64,000 bases of DNA from Minisyncoccota bacterium (GTDB lineage Bacteria; Patescibacteriota; Microgenomatia; UBA1400; PJMF01): positions 2,930 through 66,929 of the forward strand of contig JAOUMD010000001.1 in NCBI GenBank assembly GCA_029881675.1. Direction: 5' to 3'. Below, one piece after another: positions 46,680-56,903 of this stretch. Within the stretch, counting starts at the first letter, position 1; the number at the start of each line of letters is the position of its first letter. Under the pieces are notes generated by a model. The model searched no databases and was not told where the DNA came from. It was given only the letters and a program-made list of their open reading frames with translations. The translations under genes were made by a program, and so were the position numbers.

Positions 46680-46982
46680 ATGTTAAACAAAATTACCAAA
46701 CAACAAGTACATCACGTAGCCAAATTAGCTAATATTCCTATCGATGATAGTGAAGCAGAAAAGCTAGCGACTGGCTTTAGAGAAACACTAGAAACAATTA
46801 CTGATCTTCAGTCAGTTGATGTTAGTGGAGTTGAGCCAACTCATCAGGTCACTGGGATGGAGAATATCCTCAGAGAAGATAAAGTAGATGACTCTCGCAC
46901 TTTCACTCAAGAACAAGCTCTTGCCAATGCAAAGCAAACCCATCAAGGATTCTTTGTAGTACCAAGACTTATCAAAAAATAA
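46680..46982 (+). CDS. gatC: Asp/Glu-tRNA amidotransferase subunit C
   Basis: VHHVAKLANI, VDVSGVEPT, LRED, ALANA, FFVVP. Confidence 0.93.
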   Translation: MLNKITKQQVHHVAKLANIPIDDSEAEKLATGFRETLETITDLQSVDVSGVEPTHQVTGMENILREDKVDDSRTFTQEQALANAKQTHQGFFVVPRLIKK

Positions 46983-46993
46983 TAAAGATAATT

Positions 46994-48367
46994 ATGCTTA
47001 ACACACTTACCCTCAAACAGGCCTTAGATAAACTAGATAAAAAGGAAGTTACTCTCAGTGAGATTAACTCCGATATAAATAAAGCCATTAAAGAAAAAAA
47101 TGAAGAACTAAATGTCTATCTAACTCTCAATGATATAGCGGTCACAAACACTGAAGAAAAAAGTTCATTAGCTGGTCTTCCTATAGCTGTCAAAGATAAC
47201 TATTGTACAAGAGACTTAAGAACAACTGCTTCTTCTACAGTCCTTGATAACTTTGTCCCTCAATATGATTCTACTGTAATCAAAAATCTCAGAAAAGCTG
47301 GAGGCCATATAATTGGTAAAACAAATCTTGATGCTTGGGCACATGGTTCTTCTACAGAAACTTCACAGTATGGTAGAACTCTAAACCCAAGAAATACTGG
47401 TCATTTGCCAGGAGGTTCTTCTGGTGGAAGTGCTGCCGCTGTAGCTGCTGATCTTTGTATAGCCTCACTTGGTACAGAAACTGCTGGTTCCATTAGACAG
47501 CCTTCTAGCTGGTGTGGAGTTGTTGGTCTTAAACCTACTTATGGTCGTTGTTCTCGTTATGGTGTAATTGCGATGGCTTCATCCACTGATAGCCCTGGAC
47601 CAATTACAAAAACTGTCGAAGATGCTGCAATCATGCTTAATCATATTGCTGGTCATGATCAATATGACGGTACTACTACTACAAAAGAAGTTCCTGACTT
47701 TACAAGCTTTTTAGATCAAGATCTTAAAGGAATGAAAATTGGTGTTGTTTATACAAACATTGAAGGACTAGAAGAAATAAAAGATACATTCTTAGAACAG
47801 ATTAAAGTCTTTGAAAAATTAGGTGCAACTGTCGAGATAGTAGAAGCAATGGACCCTCATCATGCAATTGGTGTTTATACCATCATTCAGCGTGGTGAAG
47901 TCTCAAGTAATCTTGGCCGTTTTGATGGCATTAGATATGGAAACGACCGTTCTTTCTTTGGTCATGAAGCAAAAAATAGAATCATGCTGGGTACCTACAC
48001 TTTATCTAAAGGTTATGCCGACCAATACTATAATACAGCCCAGAAAGTCAGAACACTTTTTATCAAAGACTATAAAAAATTATTCAAAGAGTATGATGTC
48101 CTCATCAGCCCAACTTCACCAGGATTTGCTAAAAAAATTGGTGTCTCAGAAAGCTCTGCCATGTTTGGAGAACTTGAAGACATGCTGTTAGAGCCTAGCT
48201 CAATTGCAGGTCTACCGGGTATCTCTGTCCCATGTTACCGTGATCAGGAAACAAATCTATATTTAGGTTTAAACATTGTTGCCCCAATGTTTAGAGAAGA
48301 TTTGGTAATTAAAGCTGGTGATGCTTTTGAAAAAAATACTAAGTGGAATAGTTGGAGGAATAAATAA
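46994..48367 (+). CDS. gatA: Asp/Glu-tRNA amidotransferase subunit A
   Basis: PIAVKDN, GKTNLD, PGGSSGGSA, GSIRQP, KPTYG, RIMLGT. Confidence 0.95.
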   Translation: MLNTLTLKQALDKLDKKEVTLSEINSDINKAIKEKNEELNVYLTLNDIAVTNTEEKSSLAGLPIAVKDNYCTRDLRTTASSTVLDNFVPQYDSTVIKNLRKAGGHIIGKTNLDAWAHGSSTETSQYGRTLNPRNTGHLPGGSSGGSAAAVAADLCIASLGTETAGSIRQPSSWCGVVGLKPTYGRCSRYGVIAMASSTDSPGPITKTVEDAAIMLNHIAGHDQYDGTTTTKEVPDFTSFLDQDLKGMKIGVVYTNIEGLEEIKDTFLEQIKVFEKLGATVEIVEAMDPHHAIGVYTIIQRGEVSSNLGRFDGIRYGNDRSFFGHEAKNRIMLGTYTLSKGYADQYYNTAQKVRTLFIKDYKKLFKEYDVLISPTSPGFAKKIGVSESSAMFGELEDMLLEPSSIAGLPGISVPCYRDQETNLYLGLNIVAPMFREDLVIKAGDAFEKNTKWNSWRNK

Positions 48368-49704
48368 TGTCAGAATCATGTAAATACCACCTAGTTTGTG
48401 GCATGGAAGTTCATGCAGAGCTTAAAACTAATTCTAAAATGTTCTGTGGTTGTAAAAACGACCCATTTGGAGCAGAAAAACCAAATTCTCATACCTGCCC
48501 TGTCTGTCTTGGAATGCCTGGAGCATTACCTGTAGCAAATAAAAAAGCAATTGAATGGACAATCAAATTAGGATTAGCTTTAAATTGTAAAATAAACTTA
48601 TTCTCAAAATTTGATCGTAAAAACTACTTCTATCCTGATCTTCCTAAAGCATATCAGATTAGTCAGTATGACATTCCCTTCTGTTATGAAGGGGTCATTG
48701 AAACTTCTCATGGACCAATTAGAATCACTCGTATTCACTTAGAAGAAGATACTGGTAAATTGTTACACAAAGAAATTAAGGGAGAAGATGTTAGTTTAAT
48801 TGACTATAACCGTTCTAGTGTGCCTTTAATTGAAATTGTAACTGAGCCAGATATTAAATCACCAGAACAAGCTGAAGAATACGGACGTGCACTACGTGAC
48901 ATCATTCGCTATTTAGACATTGGTAACTGTGATATGGAACAAGGTGGAATGCGTCTTGAAGCTAATATCTCTCTACAAGAGAACGGTAAAGAAGGTCTAC
49001 CAAACTATAAAACGGAAGTTAAAAATATTAACTCATTTAAATTTGCTAAACAAGCTATTGAATTTGAAATGGAAAGACAGGAAGAGATTCTTGAGGAAGG
49101 GAATATCCCAAAGCAAGAAACTCGTGGCTGGGATGCAAAAAAATCAGTGACATTCTCACAGAGAACAAAAGAAGATGCAGAAGATTACAGATACTTCCCA
49201 GATCCTGACTTACCACCAATTAGATTCACTACTGAACAAATTGAAAAAATTAGAAAAGATATTCCTAAGCTTCCACATGTCTTGGTCAAAGAATGGAAAG
49301 AAAACTATGGCGTTGAGGAAAGATACTCATCTATATTATTTAACTCACCATCAGAAGCAAAGTGGCTTGAAGAGTTATTTGTTCTTTCTAAAAAAGAAGG
49401 GTTAAAAGCAAATAAGCTAGTAGGTGCAATGGTCAACAAAAATGTAAAATATAATTTTACAGACAAAGTAGAATCAGTAATCAATGAATTTAAGAAATTA
49501 AATAAAACTGATGATGTTTCTGATGATGATTTAATAAAAATCATTGATAATGTCATTAAAGCAAATGCTGATACTGTTGCAAGATATAAAGCTGGAGAAA
49601 AACAACTAATCAATTTCTTCTTTGGTCAAACCATGAAAGCTCTTGGTAAAAAGGTTGATGGTGGTCTCTTAAGAAAACTTCTTACCCAGCAGCTAGATAA
49701 ATAA
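48367..49704 (+). CDS. gatB: Asp/Glu-tRNA amidotransferase subunit B
   Basis: GMEVHAEL, FDRKNYFYPDLPK, HLEED, EIVTEP, DYRYFPDPDL. Confidence 0.96.
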   Translation: MSESCKYHLVCGMEVHAELKTNSKMFCGCKNDPFGAEKPNSHTCPVCLGMPGALPVANKKAIEWTIKLGLALNCKINLFSKFDRKNYFYPDLPKAYQISQYDIPFCYEGVIETSHGPIRITRIHLEEDTGKLLHKEIKGEDVSLIDYNRSSVPLIEIVTEPDIKSPEQAEEYGRALRDIIRYLDIGNCDMEQGGMRLEANISLQENGKEGLPNYKTEVKNINSFKFAKQAIEFEMERQEEILEEGNIPKQETRGWDAKKSVTFSQRTKEDAEDYRYFPDPDLPPIRFTTEQIEKIRKDIPKLPHVLVKEWKENYGVEERYSSILFNSPSEAKWLEELFVLSKKEGLKANKLVGAMVNKNVKYNFTDKVESVINEFKKLNKTDDVSDDDLIKIIDNVIKANADTVARYKAGEKQLINFFFGQTMKALGKKVDGGLLRKLLTQQLDK

Positions 49705-49741
49705 ATATATCTTAAATTAAATAATTTTATTTATAGTTGTT

Positions 49742-50779
49742 TTACTCAAAGACTTCTTGTGCTGGAAAGAACATTGTTTCTTGAATTGATTTTGTATTGG
49801 CAAATAACATTACCAACCTATCAACTCCAACAGCAATACCACCTGATGGAGGAAGTCCTTCTTTTAGTGCATCGAGATAGTCCTCATCCATACCGTAATC
49901 AGTCTTGCCTAATTCTTTTCTGAGTTGTAAATCTTCTCTAAATTTTTCTTCCTGAACCTTTGGATCATTTTCTTCACTAAATGCATTACCTAATTCATAT
50001 CCACCTAAGTAAAACTCAAACCTCTGGGCAAATCTTGGATCAGATTGTTTCTTTTTTGAATATGCAGCCTGACTAGCAGGGTAGTCATATAAAATAACAG
50101 GAACATCATAATTTACTAACTGTGATTCAATTAAATTAAGAAACAGCTGGTTATATACTTCTTCCCAGGTAGTCTTATCATCTACTTGATATCCTTCTTG
50201 CTTAGCTCTCTCAATCATCTTATTTCTATCTAACAACCCATCAATATCAACCCCTACCCACTTCTCAAAAGCCTCAGCCACACTGATCTTTACCCAATCT
50301 TTACTTAAATCATACTTCTTACCTTGGTACTCTAAAATATCACTTCCATTTACTCTCTTAGAAAGGGACAGCATTAGATCCTGGCAATCCTGCATAATCT
50401 CTTCATAACTTGCATTACTTCGATACCATTCTAGAATTGTAAATTCAGGATTATGTCTTGAGCTAATTCCCTCACCATTTCTAAAACTTTTACAAACTTG
50501 AAATATATTTTCAAAACCAGCTACAAGTAACTTCTTCATAGCAAACTCAGGGCTAGTTAACATGAAGGCTTGCTGTCTTTTACCATTAGCCCATTTAAGT
50601 TCTGTTTCAAATACTTCAAGGAATGGTTCAGTACCTGGGTACTTAACCATCATTGGAGTTTCTACTTCATGAAAATCATTTGACTTAAAAAAGTCACGGA
50701 TACCATCAATTACTTTTTCACGGATGAGAAATTGTTCTTTTAAATCAGGGTTTTGCTTAATCTTTTTCCAGTTTTTCAT
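49742..50779 (-). CDS. epmA: EF-P lysine aminoacylase (GenX/PoxA)
   Basis: LysRS-like catalytic domain lacking the anticodon domain; TSPEFAMKKLL, HNPEFTILEWY, ELGNAFSE, GIAVGVDRL. Confidence 0.9.
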   Translation of the reverse strand: MKNWKKIKQNPDLKEQFLIREKVIDGIRDFFKSNDFHEVETPMMVKYPGTEPFLEVFETELKWANGKRQQAFMLTSPEFAMKKLLVAGFENIFQVCKSFRNGEGISSRHNPEFTILEWYRSNASYEEIMQDCQDLMLSLSKRVNGSDILEYQGKKYDLSKDWVKISVAEAFEKWVGVDIDGLLDRNKMIERAKQEGYQVDDKTTWEEVYNQLFLNLIESQLVNYDVPVILYDYPASQAAYSKKKQSDPRFAQRFEFYLGGYELGNAFSEENDPKVQEEKFREDLQLRKELGKTDYGMDEDYLDALKEGLPPSGGIAVGVDRLVMLFANTKSIQETMFFPAQEVFE

Positions 50780-50851
50780 TAGATGTATTATATGCTATGT
50801 TTTGATTTAGACAAAATACCTTAAAACATATTATATTAATTATTTTTATAC

Positions 50852-52066
50852 ATGAAAGATAAACCAAAAATTCTTGAGATTACATTGGGTAAATCTAAAA
50901 TTAAGGATAATAATATTCTTCACTTAAAAAATAATTATATTCTCAAACAATATAATCTTAGACTGAATGAAAACATTCAAACCCAAGCAGATCAACTTAT
51001 TGAAAATCTTAATTATAAGCCTGATGGGATTATTGCCTTTAATGAAAATACCACTTTGTTTGCCAGCTTCATTATAAAAAAATTAAATCTATTTGGTCCA
51101 AAACATTCCTCCCTGATTGAAATTCAAAATAAGGAAAGTTTCGCAAATAAATTAAAGGACAAAGTATATTTACCTCAAACAAATATTGTCAGCAAAGAAA
51201 ATATAGATGAACTAAAAAAACTAAATTATCCAATTTTTATTAAACCAACCAAAGGTGCATTCTCACATGGAGCGTTAAAAATTAATAAAAAAAGTAACTC
51301 TAAAAAAATTATTCTAGATGCAATAGATGCTATTAAAATTAACAATTTTGATAAATCATCAAATTCACTTTCTTTAAAAAAATTCATTGTACAACCATTT
51401 ATTAACCAAAGACAATTTACACTAGATGGCTTTATTTTCAAAAGTAAAATATTCATTTTGGGCATTACAGAATCTATCTATGATGAGAAGCGACAAAGCT
51501 TCATTAGATTTGACTTTCCAATTATTTTCAAAAGTGAAATTAACTTAAAATTAAAAAATATCATGGAGGATATTTTTCAACAATTCTCATTTGATAATAG
51601 TTTTTTTAATTTAGAATTTTTTCTAACTAACACGGATGAAATAAAAGTCATTGAGGTTAATACAAGGCCTTCGATTAGTTTTAAAAACTTTTTTGACTCA
51701 AAGTATAAACAAGGAATTATAGAAATGATGATTTTGCTCTCACTTGGACTAAAACCTTCTTTAGAACTAAAAGACAATAAGGTTATTGGTAAAAGTTTTA
51801 TCTTAAGAAAATATCAGGACTGTCTAATTAAAAGGAAACCAAAAAATAACGAAATCAATAATATAAATAGTTTAAATCCATTTACTAAAGTAAGAATTTT
51901 TGTCAAAGAAAATGAAAGATTATCTCAACTAAAACAAGATTCATATTCATTCAGATATGGACTAATCGATATATGTGGAGAAACTGACAATGAAATATTT
52001 TCAAGATTTAAAAAAATAAAAAATGAACTAGATAAACTAATTAATTTTTCCCCAGTTTCTGATTAA
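50852..52066 (+). CDS. ATP-grasp domain protein
   Basis: YPIFIKPTKGAFSHG, FIVQPFI, FNLEFF, VIEVNTR. Confidence 0.8.
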   Translation: MKDKPKILEITLGKSKIKDNNILHLKNNYILKQYNLRLNENIQTQADQLIENLNYKPDGIIAFNENTTLFASFIIKKLNLFGPKHSSLIEIQNKESFANKLKDKVYLPQTNIVSKENIDELKKLNYPIFIKPTKGAFSHGALKINKKSNSKKIILDAIDAIKINNFDKSSNSLSLKKFIVQPFINQRQFTLDGFIFKSKIFILGITESIYDEKRQSFIRFDFPIIFKSEINLKLKNIMEDIFQQFSFDNSFFNLEFFLTNTDEIKVIEVNTRPSISFKNFFDSKYKQGIIEMMILLSLGLKPSLELKDNKVIGKSFILRKYQDCLIKRKPKNNEINNINSLNPFTKVRIFVKENERLSQLKQDSYSFRYGLIDICGETDNEIFSRFKKIKNELDKLINFSPVSD

Positions 52067-53306
52067 TCAAAATCTTACCACTCTCTACACCAGGTTGATC
52101 AAATGCATTAACTTCTAACATTTCAGCAAGATAAACTACAGCTAGTTCAAAAAGCATAAATAATTCACCTAAAGCGTATGGAGTTAACTCTTCAACACTA
52201 AGCATTGCCGTAGGACGACCTTCATCATAAATAGACTGAGCAGTTGCATCAGCTTCAATATTTACAATAGTATTAAAGTCATTACCTTCTAAATACTCTG
52301 CTTCAGGGACATCAATTCCCTTGAGAGTAAAGTTAGTCTTTCGATTCTTTATCTTCACAAACAGTATTGACTGGAGAGGAGAGCCTTGGTTATAAAACTG
52401 AACTTGTGAATGTTGGTCTGCAGGACCCCAAGCTTTTATAGGAAGAATACCTTTACCATCTTTTCCTAAAGACTCTGCCCAAAGTTGTCTAAACCAGCGA
52501 GCAAACTCTTGCAGTTGTACAGAATAGGTCATCATTACAGAGACTTTGACTCCTTGTTGATATAGCTCATATTGGCTACGAGCTAACTTTTGTGCAACCT
52601 TTCTAGTTTCTACATTAGTGGCAAAGTTTAATGCCCCAGTGACTAAGTCTTTAATATCTACACCAGCTGCAAGGGCAGGCAATAGTCCAACAGGAGTTAA
52701 AACACTAAATCTTCCACCGACACCTTCAGGAACGGGGAGTGTAATAACATTATGTCTCCCTGCTTCATCCTTTAAAATACCTTTGACACTACTGGTTGTA
52801 AAGACAAAGTGCTTTGCCCAGTTACTAGCTACTTTCTTTGCTTGTGATTTATAAAAGACATAAGTGGAAAGTGGTTCTAGTGTTCCACCTGATTTTGAAA
52901 CAACATTAAAAACAGTTTTCTTGATATCTATTTGATCTAATATTCTTTGAAAGGCAACTGGGTCTGTTGAGTCTCCAGCAAAGAGTACCTTCATTTGATT
53001 ACTCTTCTTATAAAAAGCTTCAACAATAGTTCTACCACCTAGGTCAGAACCACCGATACCAATTACAACCATGTATTCAGCCCACTTTAAATTTTCATAG
53101 ACATTTTGGACTGACTTAATATATGAATCTTCCTTAAGTACTTCGATAAAGTCATACTGAGCAACAGCGATATTTTCTTCAATCTTGTCGATGCTTTTTC
53201 TGAGATGATTAGATTCAACCTTAACTATTTCATTAGCAATTAAATGACCTAAGTTCTTATTTTCATATAAATACTTAGTATCAAGAGAAAGTAAAGTGTT
53301 TTTCAT
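52041..53306 (-). CDS. pgi: Glucose-6-phosphate isomerase
   Basis: IGIGGSDLG, SKSGGTLE, VGGRFSVL, QLWAESLGK, DQHS, FDQPGVESGK. Confidence 0.95.
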   Translation of the reverse strand: MKNTLLSLDTKYLYENKNLGHLIANEIVKVESNHLRKSIDKIEENIAVAQYDFIEVLKEDSYIKSVQNVYENLKWAEYMVVIGIGGSDLGGRTIVEAFYKKSNQMKVLFAGDSTDPVAFQRILDQIDIKKTVFNVVSKSGGTLEPLSTYVFYKSQAKKVASNWAKHFVFTTSSVKGILKDEAGRHNVITLPVPEGVGGRFSVLTPVGLLPALAAGVDIKDLVTGALNFATNVETRKVAQKLARSQYELYQQGVKVSVMMTYSVQLQEFARWFRQLWAESLGKDGKGILPIKAWGPADQHSQVQFYNQGSPLQSILFVKIKNRKTNFTLKGIDVPEAEYLEGNDFNTIVNIEADATAQSIYDEGRPTAMLSVEELTPYALGELFMLFELAVVYLAEMLEVNAFDQPGVESGKILINQKLGKN

Positions 53307-53413
53307 ACGTTTTTATCCTAGCCTAAAGAAGGTGGGCTGTCCACTCATATAAGCAGAACTAAACAGATCATTACTCCCTAGTCACCAGATGATTTTTTAG
53401 ATAAAATGAAGAA

Positions 53414-55111
53414 GTGAAAAAACATCTCAATAAATGGATTCCTTTTCTTATCATTATCTTTGTAGCTACTGCATTACGTTTTTACCAATTAGGTAATGTT
53501 CCAATAGAACTTAACAGGGATGAAGCTTCACTTGGCTATACAGCCTATTCTTTATTACAAACAGGTAAAGAAGAACACGGTCAGTCCTGGCCAATTAATA
53601 TAGAGTCATTTGGCGACTGGAAACTTCCAGCCTATGTCTATACTCTTATCCCTTTTATCAAAATATTTGGTCTTAAAGCTTGGGTTGTAAAACTACCAAG
53701 TGCTTTAGCCGGTATAGGAATAGTTATCCTAAGTGCTGTAATTACTTGGTTACTAACAAGTAGTTGGAAAGATCAGAATAAAAGAATTACTTTAAGCACA
53801 CTTGTCGCTTTCATGATCACTATCTCTCCTTGGAATATTCATATGTCCCATATGGCTTATGAGGCAAACTTAGGAATGTTATTCTTAATGACTGGGGTAG
53901 CTCTTTTACTGACTGCTTTGCAAAACAAATCCAAGAGAGTCTTGTTAATTCCTAGTGCTTTTTTCTTTGGTCTTACCTTCTTTAGTTACCATTCCTACCA
54001 GGTCTTCATGCCACTCTTAGTCTTATCTTTTCTATCTATCTACTGGAAAAAAGCCAAAAATATTTTTGAAACAGAAAAGAAAATTAGTTATATCTCTATA
54101 GCAATTGGAGCCTTATTTACTATTGCATTAATTGCTACTTCTCTTAGTGCTAATCAAACAAAACTATCTGGCCTTTCTATCTTCGATAAGAGCTCTTACT
54201 CAGTAGTAATGGAAGAAAATAGGGGATACTTTGAGAATAGAAATAGTTTACTAGCAAAGCTTCACTCCAATAACTTCTACTTTATCTTCAATCAAGCTCA
54301 AAGAAACATAGCTGATATATTTTCTAGTAAGTTCCTTTTCTTTGAAGGTGGCTCACATGGTTCTCACGATATTCCTGGGACAGGTAAGATGCATCCTGTT
54401 GCTTTTATTTTCTTAATCATTGCAGGATATAAATTCCTAACTATTTGGCAAGAAAAGAAATTGGAGAAGTGGCACAAAGTTATTATGGCTTGGCTTCTTG
54501 TTTCTATAGTTGCACCTTTCATTACCTTTGAAGCTGCTCATACCATTAGATTCTCACCAGCTTTATTCTCTTTAGAATTCCTTAGTGCTTATGGTTTATT
54601 TATCTTATTAGAAAAAGCCTTGAAAGATAATAAATATAAAATAATAGCAGGACTAACTATATTTATTCTTCTTTATTCTTTTGTTTATTTCTTTGCTACC
54701 TATTTCTTTGTTGCTCCAAAAAGAGACATAGATAAACATAATTGGCAGATAGAAAGGTTAGTAGAACTGGTAAATGATAGGGGAGATAGATATGATCTTA
54801 TCTCAATGCCAGGTACTGAGTGGTCACCATACATTTACTTCTTACTTTTTAATCAGACTGATCCAAATAGCCTAAGTAAAGATTTAGAATTTTATGATCC
54901 AGACCATGAAGGCTTCAGGCACGTAAAAAGACTCGGTAACATTCACTTTAGTTTAATTGACTGGAATGATCAGTCAGGCAAGAGTGTACTATATGTCATA
55001 AAGAGTAAAGAAGTTCCTGGAGATAAACTGGAATCAGAGAAATATCGATTAGAATATTCTTTAACTAATCCATATGCAAAGCATGAATGGTTATTACTTG
55101 GTAGAAAATAA
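53414..55111 (+). CDS. PMT/ArnT-like GT-C membrane glycosyltransferase
   Basis: DEASLGYTAYS-xxxTG, ESFGDWK, KLPSA, many TM helices. Confidence 0.85.
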   Translation: MKKHLNKWIPFLIIIFVATALRFYQLGNVPIELNRDEASLGYTAYSLLQTGKEEHGQSWPINIESFGDWKLPAYVYTLIPFIKIFGLKAWVVKLPSALAGIGIVILSAVITWLLTSSWKDQNKRITLSTLVAFMITISPWNIHMSHMAYEANLGMLFLMTGVALLLTALQNKSKRVLLIPSAFFFGLTFFSYHSYQVFMPLLVLSFLSIYWKKAKNIFETEKKISYISIAIGALFTIALIATSLSANQTKLSGLSIFDKSSYSVVMEENRGYFENRNSLLAKLHSNNFYFIFNQAQRNIADIFSSKFLFFEGGSHGSHDIPGTGKMHPVAFIFLIIAGYKFLTIWQEKKLEKWHKVIMAWLLVSIVAPFITFEAAHTIRFSPALFSLEFLSAYGLFILLEKALKDNKYKIIAGLTIFILLYSFVYFFATYFFVAPKRDIDKHNWQIERLVELVNDRGDRYDLISMPGTEWSPYIYFLLFNQTDPNSLSKDLEFYDPDHEGFRHVKRLGNIHFSLIDWNDQSGKSVLYVIKSKEVPGDKLESEKYRLEYSLTNPYAKHEWLLLGRK

Positions 55112-55130
55112 TAAATAAGTTTAAATATAA

Positions 55131-56903
55131 ATGAAAAAACATATCGGAAAAATAATCTTTAGCTTAATTATTATTCTTGCTGTTTTTCTTAGAGTTTATA
55201 AAGTCGATACATTATTATCACCGTACTGGGAAGAAGTTGCTCTTGGATATGATGCATACTCCATTAGTGAAACCATGCGTGATCATCATGGTAACTTCAT
55301 GCCTCTTGTGGCCTTTGAATCATTTGGTGACTGGAAACCTTCCTTTTACTTCTACACCATTGTGCCATTTATAAAATTGATTGGTCTTAATGTATTAGCA
55401 GTTAGACTGCCAAGTATTCTAACAGGGTTAGGCATAGTTCTTGGTGTTTATGTTTTACTAAGACAAATCTTACCTAATAATTTATTGAGTAAAAAACCTT
55501 ATCTCCCATTACTAGGAATGTTTGTCACAGCTATATCTCCATGGGCAATTATGTTCTCACGGGCTGGTTGGGAAGTTAACTTAGCTACAGAACTTATTTT
55601 ATGGGGAATAATTTGTTTTATTAGTTTTATTAAGCAAACAAAAAACATAAGAATAAAAAATACCTCATTATTCTTTTCTGTTCTCTTCCTATCTCTGTCT
55701 ATGTACACATACCATGCTACTAGAGTGATTGCACCACTACTGGGAGTAATTTTAATTTGTCTTTGGTATGCACAAACAGATCATTCAAAAAGACTTGCTC
55801 AAAGTATAAGAAAGTTTGTAGTAAACAATGTTTATACTATTATTGCCGCTGTCTTATTAACAATACTTTTAACTGGACCATTGATAATCAGTCTCAATGA
55901 TAAATCTACCTCACAAAGATTTGCAGAAACTAGTATCTTCTCTGAACTTAGTATCATTGAAGAGAGCAATTCTGCTTTATTAACTCAGCCGAATATTATT
56001 GGTAAAGTTTTCTACCATCGTTATCTACTTTTTGGTAGAGAAATGTTAACCAATTATTTAGATCACTTTACATTAGATTTCCTCTTCCTGAGTGGTGACG
56101 CCAATCCTAGGCACTCTGTCCAATATTTTGGACAACTCTATCATATTGAATTGGTCTTTTTATTATTGGGTTTTTATTTTGTTTTTTCATCTCTTAGAAA
56201 AATTAAAAATGATCCATATGGTGATAAATTTAAAAACTATCTTTGGTTACTGATTGCCTGGCTTGCTATCACTATCATTCCCGCTAGTATGACAAAGACT
56301 ACACCACATGCTTTACGTATTCTGCCCGCATTACCCGTTTTTATTGTTTTTATCACATTAGGAATAGGTCAATTTATTGATGAAGTCATCAATTTATTAA
56401 ATAAAATAAATATAAAACACAAGTATTTACCAAAGCTTATTCTTAAACTTGTAATTGTATTTTATATTTTAGAACTCTCTGTATTCTGGAGATTCTATAC
56501 CCTAATTTATCCAGTCCAATATGCTAGTGAATGGCAAGCTGGTTATGCTCAGATGGTAGCTGGAATTAACGATAAGATTGGTTTAGAAACTCCAATTTAT
56601 ATAACTAGACAACAGGGAAGACCAGCCATGTATGTTTGGTTTTTTAGCAAAACAGACCCAAATCTAGTTCAAGAATGGGACAGTATAGCAAAACAAGACC
56701 AAGGTGAATATTTAGAGTTTCAAAACATCAAATTTGTTAACTCATTAAATGAAATTACAAATACTCCTGCCACTATAATTGGATCGCAAGCAGAAATTGA
56801 AATCATTTCTAACACAGAGGATGGAAAGAATAATCTAACTATTACTCATAGTATTAATAATATTGATAATAAAAATGTCTGGCAAATTGGAGAACTCCAA
56901 TGA
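55131..56903 (+). CDS. PMT/ArnT-like GT-C membrane glycosyltransferase
   Basis: WEEVALGYDAYS, ESFGDWKP, RLPS, SPW-xxx-SR, GDANPRH. Confidence 0.85.
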   Translation: MKKHIGKIIFSLIIILAVFLRVYKVDTLLSPYWEEVALGYDAYSISETMRDHHGNFMPLVAFESFGDWKPSFYFYTIVPFIKLIGLNVLAVRLPSILTGLGIVLGVYVLLRQILPNNLLSKKPYLPLLGMFVTAISPWAIMFSRAGWEVNLATELILWGIICFISFIKQTKNIRIKNTSLFFSVLFLSLSMYTYHATRVIAPLLGVILICLWYAQTDHSKRLAQSIRKFVVNNVYTIIAAVLLTILLTGPLIISLNDKSTSQRFAETSIFSELSIIEESNSALLTQPNIIGKVFYHRYLLFGREMLTNYLDHFTLDFLFLSGDANPRHSVQYFGQLYHIELVFLLLGFYFVFSSLRKIKNDPYGDKFKNYLWLLIAWLAITIIPASMTKTTPHALRILPALPVFIVFITLGIGQFIDEVINLLNKINIKHKYLPKLILKLVIVFYILELSVFWRFYTLIYPVQYASEWQAGYAQMVAGINDKIGLETPIYITRQQGRPAMYVWFFSKTDPNLVQEWDSIAKQDQGEYLEFQNIKFVNSLNEITNTPATIIGSQAEIEIISNTEDGKNNLTITHSINNIDNKNVWQIGELQ

